Below, in pieces: positions 56,592 through 64,000 of a DNA stretch of 64,000 bases. The DNA is from the human T2T-CHM13v2.0 reference genome, Homo sapiens. The notes beneath the pieces are model-generated. The model was given only the letters and a program-made list of their open reading frames with translations. It searched no databases and had not been told where the DNA came from. Made by a program: the position numbers and the translations under genes. Each line of letters opens with the position of its first letter. Within the stretch, counting starts at the first letter, position 1. Where the stretch lies: the NCBI RefSeq assembly GCF_009914755.1, contig NC_060936.1. One strand, given 5' to 3'.

Positions 56592-56787
56592 GCTTGATAG
56601 AGAAGGTAACAACTGAACTATCCACATCCATCTACCAGCTAATCAATGTCTACTGTAACAGCTTTTATGCAGATTTTCAGCCTGTAAATGTACCTAGATG
56701 CACTTCCTATCTAAATCCCGGGCTTCCTTCCCACCTCAGCTTCACAGTGTATGCAGCACACAACATTCCAGAAACCTGGGTGCACAG
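56592..56787 (+). CDS. PIK3C2G: PIK3C2G internal coding exon (196 nt, phase 1->2): GLIEKVTTELSTSIYQLINVYCNSFYADFQPVNVPRCTSYLNPGLPSHLSFTVYAAHNIPETWVH, start of PI3K-C2 domain
   Basis: Acceptor ctccttcctttctag|GC, donor CACAG|gtgagt. Overlaps ORF 56540..56791. LSFTVYAAHNIP is the first C2 strand. I did not find the next exon in this window. Confidence 0.96.
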
Positions 56788-57478
56788 GTGAGTGGTGGTG
56801 AGTTTTTCACAAAAGCATTCATTTTTACATAGCTTCTAAGTAGAATGCAATTTGTCATGTTCTTATATGCAGGAGCAAAGATTTCATAAAATTTTGGAAT
56901 TAATCAGCATAGTTTTATCCATATTCTTAAAATCACATTTTAAATGTTTAGATTCAAAATGGATATTTAATTTTCTTTCTTCTTCCATTTCCCATATTTA
57001 AATAATTGTCATTGCCAATATATCGTTATGGAAATAGAAAATACTAATTCCATTTAGTGGCTCCTCTAAAATTTTCTTTTTCATGTTTGGGTTTAAATGG
57101 CTAATGCTAGTTAAGAAAACATAGTAAGACAAAAACATATGCACATGCAGAGAGATAGAGAGTCTTTAAAAATAGAAAAAAAAAATCACTCTGATCCCCA
57201 CCAGGTTTCAGTGGTATTTTGCAAGAATTGTACCTTGATAAAATGAGAATTAGCCAAGAATTATTTGCGTTTCAATAGAAATGAACGACAATTACACATG
57301 GAATATCATCAGATTTTAAGTTGACTCTGTAGTATTTTCTTCAATAACATAATTACAGTAATATAGAGATAATTAAAGTTGATAAGATAGTAATTTGGTA
57401 ATGGATTTATTATACTTACTGCATTTAGCATCTCAAGGAAAAACTGAAATAAATAATTTCAGTAAACATTCAACTTTT

Positions 57479-57788
57479 GGCCGGGCACAGTGGCTCATGC
57501 CTGTAATCCTAGCACTTTGGGAGGCCTAGGCGGGCAAATCACTTCAGGTCAGAGGTTCAAAACCAGCCTGGACAAAATGGTGAAACCCCGTCTCTACTAA
57601 AAATACAAAAAATTAGCAGGGCATGATGGCACGTGCCTGTAATCCCAGCTACTCTGGAGGCTGAGGCAGTAGAATCGCTTGAAACCAGGAAGCAGAGGTT
57701 GCAGTGTGCAGTGAACTGAGATCGTGCCACTGCACTCCAGCCTGGGGGACAGAGTGAGACTCTGTCTCAAAAAAAAAGAAAAAAAAAA
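57479..57788 (+). mobile_element. AluS, full length
   Basis: Alu dimer with a small internal duplication gcagtgtgcagtg. Confidence 0.95.
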
Positions 57789-58094
57789 TCAATCTTTATC
57801 TTGATCTGTATTTTTTAAAAAATAAACTGTATAAATATTCAGAGTAAATTAAAGAGGAAATTTTACCTATGTATATAAAAAACACTATCTACACACATAT
57901 TTGTTTAGAATCCATAAAATAATATTTTTATTCTTTTTCCTTTTATAATTTTATGAAAAATTTTAAAGGGCCGATGTATAGTAAAATAAATTATTACTCT
58001 AATTAATGTTTTCTTTTAATTTTCTAACCATCAATAAATACTCCTTAGTTTGAATTCCCATGGAAAATCCCTATAGCCGGATAAATACAGATAA

Positions 58095-58303
58095 AGCTAT
58101 ATGTATAGGGCATGCATTTATATATGTGTGTCTATATGTAGAGAGACAAGGATAAATATATATATAAATATATACATATGTGTGTAAATGCAAAATGTAA
58201 AATATATACATATGTGTGTAAATATACATATGCGTGCAAATGTAAAATGCATATGAATATAAAAAAGTGTGCATTTACGCGTGTGTGTGTGTGTGTGTGC
58301 GTA
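58095..58303. repeat. TA/TG-rich low-complexity region with a 34-bp-period duplication and (TG)n
   Basis: aaatatatacatatgtgtgtaaat at 58166 and 58200, (GT)n at 58281-58299. Confidence 0.8.
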
Positions 58304-58679
58304 TGAATGATCTAACCAACTCTCCTTTTTCTGTCTCTACATAGTACCTACATGCAGAGTAAAAATAGAGCACTTTCTAATATTGTTATATACAGGTAGA
58401 TGTGTACATATGTACATATAATTATAAATATAAAATAATGCTTTTCTGCAAATGTTCCTATAATCAATAAATAAATTAGGGCTTTGATGAAGGAAACAAA
58501 ATCATCCCAGCCATTCATTACTGGAACAAACTATAAAGGGCTGGACATGGGAAAACATGAAGCTATTCCTGTCTTAAGGAATCCATGGACCAGTCAAAAT
58601 TCTTTGGGAAGAGGCTCCAGCAAGATGTCTTACCTCATGACAAATTACATCTTTATTGTAGATTTTCCTAGGGACCTAG

Positions 58680-59210
58680 TATATAAGTTATCTATTAATA
58701 CATAACCAATTACCCCAAAGCTTAGCAGTTTAGCACAACAAACTTTGATGAGTTCACATTCTGAGGCTCAAGAATCTGGGAAGCAGTTTTGCTGGGTGGA
58801 TCTGGCTTAAGGTTTCCCATGAGTTGCAGTCAAACTGTTGACTGAGACCACAGTCATCTCAAGCTCACTGGGGCTGAAGAATCCACTTCTAAGGTGATAT
58901 TGATGTGGTTATTGAAAGACCTCAGTTCCCCATGGTGTATAGGTGTGGGAGCCTCAATTCCTTGCCACAGAGTTTTCAACAAATGTCCTCAGGCCATAGA
59001 GTTGGCTTTTCCCAGAGCAGATGATCCAAGGAATGAGAGAGAGTCCATGAGCAAGGGAACACCACAGACAGAAGAGACAATCTTTGTAATCTAATCTTGG
59101 AAGTGGTATACCACTACTTCTGCCATATTGTATCCTGTGGGAAAGCATGATACAAGGGTTCGCATACCAGGAGACAGAATCATTGGGGGCTATCTTGGAG
59201 GCAAGACACC
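58680..59210 (-). mobile_element. MLT1F-like MaLR LTR
   Basis: ataaccaattaccccaaagcttagcagttta...caagaatctggg...taccaggagacagaatcattgggggctatcttggaggc. Confidence 0.75.
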
Positions 59211-60699
59211 TGGGAAGAAACCAGGCCAGAGGTATCTCCAGAAGCATAGGTACTGACAAACTGAGGGGGTAAAATAACAAAGTGACAACTTTCTAGATGG
59301 CTTTAGTCAAAAGGACCATAATTAATGTCAGCAAGTGAAACTAATTTGTTAAGGTACAGGACTCTACAATAAAAAAGAGTGAAACATTCACTATCAAATC
59401 TGAGGATCTGAAACTGAATTATCATCTACTCCACAGATGCCTTCAGGGAACACCCCACTCAAGCTATCAAAGACAAATGAGAATGTATCTTACTTAGAAT
59501 AATTTGATTAAACAAATTCTTTCCTTGATTCATTACACTGATTAAGAACTCATTCATATTTATCCTAAATTTCTCATTATATAGAATAGAAATTTAATTA
59601 CTTAACTTTATCCTCTCTATAGATTGAAAGTGCCTTTATCTCACTCAAAGATGAGATAAATTTATCGTTTTGTGTATGTATTTCATGATGCTCATTATCT
59701 TAATAATAGCATATTGTTAGTTCTCCCCCAAGTCCTTTTACAATGTCCGTGTGACCATGCACATTTGTAGGTAGGACTATAGTTTTTAAAAACCTCTAGT
59801 ACCCAAAACATGTCCTGGCATGCAACAGGCACTCGATAAAGATTGGTTAAAAATGTTTGAACAAAATCCCTTGAATAGAGAAATGTGTCATACTTGGTTT
59901 GTGAAATTGTTACATGGGTCTCGACAGCAGGAATACGTAGTCCATGTCGTGGTTATTACTGAGGGCAAAAATGTAAGCTGAGCTGAAAACTATAAAGAAG
60001 CAATGACCATACAGGAAGGTAGACCAGGAGATATTCCAAGGAAGCCAAGAAAATATTACAATAGAGGTACAAAGCTAAGTGCCTGAGGTCAAGAGGGCCA
60101 GCATCAGTGAAAGTGAGTCCAGAGCAATTAGTGGCAGTGTAAGAGTGGTTGACTAGACAATTCTTAAAATGATTGTTAGTAATAATTAGTAAGAGTTCAG
60201 CAGAATCATATTGTTATATGAGGAGATTATAAGTAAGTCAGTAAACATTATTTTTAAAAAATCCCTTAAGTCACTCATAAAGTATGGTATCATTGTTTGA
60301 TAAATAGAATGCAAAAATAATTATGCAAAAATGCATAATATGTACAGTAATACATATTATGTAATAAAGTATATCTGTGCAAAAAATGATTTGACAGTAC
60401 TTTCAATTATGGGATACTGTGTGCACAGGGGCAAGTTGAAATTCTTTCTCATCAAGACGATGCCCTTTTTATGGGGAAGATTCGAATGGCATATAGAGGT
60501 TTCTTGTCCCATAACCTTTGCCATTAAAAGGTACATGTGTGCAGTTTATGTCTTCCATTCATGTCACTAAAGTCTAATTTATAAACTTGGCTCATCGTAT
60601 TAGCACATTAAGGAATGTGTGGGAAACAGGCACAATCTCTCAATATAAATACTGATGCATATACCAACCAAATATTGGCATAAAGACCAACATAATGGA

Positions 60700-61290
60700 C
60701 TCTGAATCAAGAGCATCATTAAATATAAAGTCCTGACATGGTATTGAAATATTCAATTCACCAGAAAGATGCAACAAAGTAATAACATTGACAGAAATCC
60801 GAAGAGTTTGATGGGGCCAATATGATAGTGGGGGATACCAGTATTCCTCTCTCAGGAATTAATACATTACTGAGAAATTAGGAAGGATATAGGAGTGAGC
60901 ATATAATTAATGAGCTTGATCCAATAAATATATATTGTACTTACAGAAGATAATTTGGAAATACAAATTCTTCTCAAGCACATATAGAATATTTATTTTA
61001 AGTGACCAAATATTAAATAGTAGGCAAATTTCCAATAACCTATATAATAAAGATCTCATCCACTTTCTGAGATGCAACTTAGAAAACAGTAACAAAAAAT
61101 AAATATATTCATAAATTTAAGTATGTACTTTTAATTTTATTAATCAAGGAGTTAGAAAACATTATAACTTAAAGGTAATAAAAATATATAATAAACATAT
61201 GGAATATGGTCAAAGCTATTCTTAAAGTGAAAAATATAGCCTCACATTATAAATAAGACATAAAAGACTAAAAATTAATATAGCAATCAT
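60700..61290 (+). mobile_element. Old L1M fragment, ORF2 endonuclease region
   Basis: atagtgggggataccagtattcctctctca (IVGD..PLS) and tacaaattcttctcaagcacatatagaatattt (Y.FFSS..). Confidence 0.65.
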
Positions 61291-61416
61291 GTCACCATTT
61301 CCTCTATGCCATTTTGCTTTGTTTTGTCCAGCTTATAAAAATCAAGGATAATAAAGTGGAAGAAAAATCTTCTACCAGCATTCTGGTAGAAGAACAACAA
61401 ACAAGTCCTATATCCT

Positions 61417-61524
61417 CTGATTTATCCTCATCATAGTACTATTAACTGAGCACATTCTAAGAGTTTTGCTGATTTATCCTCATCATAGTACTTACTATTA
61501 ACTGAGCACATTCTGTGAGTTTTG
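61417..61524. repeat. 52-bp tandem duplication
   Basis: ctgatttatcctcatcatagtac...cacattct..gagttttg at 61417 and 61469. The second copy has a 4-bp insertion. Confidence 0.93.
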
Positions 61525-61552
61525 CGCTGGGAAAAATACTTAACCTGCATTA

Positions 61553-62080
61553 CAGTTGTCCCTTGTTATCTGCAAGGGATTGGTGCCAGGACCCCTGGAG
61601 ATAACAAATGTCACAGATGCTGAAGCTCCTTACATAAAATGGCATAGTATTTGTACATAGCATATGCACGTCATCCTGTATACTGTAAATCTTCTATAGA
61701 TTACTTATAATACTTAGTGCAATGTAAACTATGTAAATACACTCATGCATAGCTTATGACTTGGGGAATTATGTTCTGAGAAATGTGTTGTGAGGCATTA
61801 TTGACAACCACCTACAGTCTTCAAGACAGTAACATACTGTACAGGTTTGTAGCCTTTGAGCAATAGGCTATCCCGTATACCCTAGATGTGTAGTGGGCTT
61901 TGCCATCTAGGTTTGTGCAAGTACACTCTGGGATGTTCGCATAACAATAAAATCACCTAATGATGCAATTCTCACAATATATCCCTTTGTTTTATTTTTA
62001 TTGTCATTTCAAAAATATTTCTGATCTGTGGTTGGTTGAATCTGTGGATGCATAACCTAGGGATACAGAGGACCAACTCT
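61553..62080. mobile_element. MER2 (TcMar-Tigger) interrupted by a Tigger3-like element
   Basis: ta|cagttgtcccttgttatctgc...ccaggacccc left arm, resuming near 61990 with ...ttggttgaatctgtggatgc...gatacagaggaccaact. Confidence 0.82.
61740..61990. mobile_element. Tigger3-like element nested in MER2
   Basis: ta|cactcatgc...gttctgagaaatgtgttg...cagtaacatactgtacaggtttgtagcc...caataggcta...catctaggtttgtg. Confidence 0.8.
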
Positions 62081-62271
62081 GTTTTATTTAATCCTCACAC
62101 CAGTGACACAAGAGCACTATCATACCCATTTTGCAGATTAAGAAATTACAGTTCTAGAACTAATCTATGACAACTCCAGATGTTGTCTTTCTAAAGTCCC
62201 TTCTGTTTACCACAGCAGAAGTGAGTATACTTCAGTGTACTTCATCCTTAACTGGTTACTAGAGTTGATTC

Positions 62272-63052
62272 TGAAACAGGACAGTTCCCGTGACCCTTCT
62301 GCAGGACTCATGAAGGGGTTGGCTTGTTTAGTCAGCCTACAGCTCTCAACCCCTCATGGGAGGGGAGGACATACAGGTGAGTGGGTGCAGGGGCCAGGAC
62401 AAGTGCTTCTGGGTGCTGGCAGGAGTAGAACTCTGTGTAGCCCCATGGCAGTGTCTAGGAGGGGTACTCAAAATCCCTGGATCCCCAGAAGGCATCTGTT
62501 ACAGTGCTCTCTTTGCCATCCGCAGATGACTTAAGTGTTTAACAGCTCAGTGTGACAGCCCTCTGCATCGCGAGCTGTTGTTCGGCATCCAGGAAGAATC
62601 AGGTCACATGAACAAATTGAAGATGGTAAATGCAGGAGATTTTATTGCTGATGAAGGTGGCTCTCAGCAGGATGGAGAGCTAGAAAGGGGATGGAGTGGG
62701 GAGGTAGTCTTCTTCTGGAGTTCAGCCATTCCTGGCCAAACTCTTCTTTGAGATCCCGCTGTCAAGCCACCCCTCTGAAGTCAAGCTGCATCTTGCCGAT
62801 GTCAGACTGCTGCTTCTCTTCTTTCCTTCTCTGCCACTCTGCTGCTCTGCCAGTCTGCCACTCCACCACTCAGCTGCTCTGCCACCCCTCTGCCAGTGGA
62901 CCCTGGGGTTTTTCTGGGTATAGGATGGTGGGTGGGACAGGCTAAAAAGCAACATTCAAGTAGGAAAACAGGAATGCATGTTCTCACTTTGGGCCGCAGG
63001 TCCAAGCTTGAGGGTTTTCAGCCTGGTATTTTCCTGCCTCCTGTCCATATCA
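62272..63052 (-). mobile_element. ERV1 LTR (MER50/LTR9-like), the 3' LTR of an antisense provirus
   Basis: The minus strand begins tgatatggacaggaggcaggaaaatacc and ends ...tgtttca, preceded by purine-rich agagcagggaag (PPT-like). Confidence 0.8.
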
Positions 63053-64000
63053 CTTCCCTGCTCTGAAGAGGCACATCTTACTGCCATTAAAATATGGAAG
63101 ATGACCAATCTTAGCTACTTCCTGCTGACAGGGGGCATTGTTTTGGGGAAAACGGCAGTCAGATTCCTCCCTAAAGTTTACCTAAGGGTCCCTAGCAAAA
63201 GGGAGCCATTGTCCAAGGCTCCAGTTGCCTGACTGTTCAGAGTTTGATGGCCTCTAGGCACATGAGGAAAAAAAAAGCCCAAGTTTTACAAGGTTAAGTA
63301 TGCATGGGTCACACATGTGTATTATACAAGGAAAGAATCTAGTGCCAAAGATTACAGAAAGAAGAAATGAAATATGCTAACAACATTGTACCCCAAGCCG
63401 TTTCACTTTGGTGAAAGAAATTAAACCTTGTGTGGGAGCAGTTAAACTTTATAAGAGAGATAAGTATTCTTGCCATATCTGTAGCAGTCAACAGGTGCAC
63501 CTTGAGAATTCTGGGATTTGTAGGCTTGCATGGTGGCCATTAAAGCTTCTGCCTCTTTCTTGTGTCCCCCCATCTCTACTGTAAAAACCGAGTTGGCCAC
63601 TTTCAGGAGGTCCTCTAAAGTAGTATCTGTTCCCAGGGCCTGTTTCTGCAGCTTCCTCCTTATATCAGGGGCTGCCTGAGTAATAAATTTATCCTTTATG
63701 TTTAGTTATGCCTCACCAGAATCAGAAGATAGAGATGTGTGCTTTACCAAGGCCTCTCAGCCTTTCCAGAAAGGCAGTGGGATTCTCATCAAATCCCTGG
63801 TCTTTCATGAATAGGTCAGTATAGTTGAGAGGCTTGGTCCAAGTCCTACATAAATCCTCCATTATGCACACCTGTAAGTGTCTCTTCTTCCATTCTCCCA
63901 TCTCATCATTGAGATCCATTCCAGGGTCATCCATTGATACTGCATCTTTCATTTGGATAAAGTTTGGCACCTTCCCTGATGCTATATGTGATACAAAGCT
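63053..64000 (-). mobile_element. ERV1 internal sequence with gag (capsid/p30) remnant, running off the window edge
   Basis: ORF 63722..63970 KPLNY...QGFDENPTAFLERLR matches the gammaretroviral Gag major homology region. Confidence 0.85.

Noticed and set aside
56788-57830. Intronic polyadenylation isoform ending ...WVHR* via the in-frame TGA in the donor
   Set aside because: gtgagt donors commonly contain TGA, and AATAAA is frequent in AT-rich DNA. There is no specific support.

Overview
AT-rich primate (most likely human) genomic DNA lying entirely inside the PIK3C2G gene (class II PI3-kinase gamma), which is transcribed on the + strand. Eight internal GT-AG coding exons (782-939, 3847-3961, 23909-24011, 30909-30979, 34982-35045, 48373-48495, 53276-53309, 56592-56787; 864 nt in total) splice into one stop-free frame, ...KIRERYHAADV...LSFTVYAAHNIPETWVH. 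This matches my recollection of PIK3C2G from the Ras-binding region to the start of the PI3K-C2 domain. The rest is intron, dominated by transposon fossils: about 10 Alus, a near full-length antisense L1MA, other L1 fragments, MIR/L2/CR1, MaLR/ERVL LTRs, hAT and Tigger DNA elements, and an ERV1 LTR with a gag remnant at the right edge. Nearly all ORF-track entries are repeat-derived or spurious. I found no convincing novel biological system. The best leads are candidate cryptic exons (a frame-preserving 72-nt exon in the ERV LTR, a poison microexon next to a TG repeat, and a MIR-derived poison exon) and several local duplication or template-switch scars. Repeat subfamily names come from recalled consensus sequences, not from a search.
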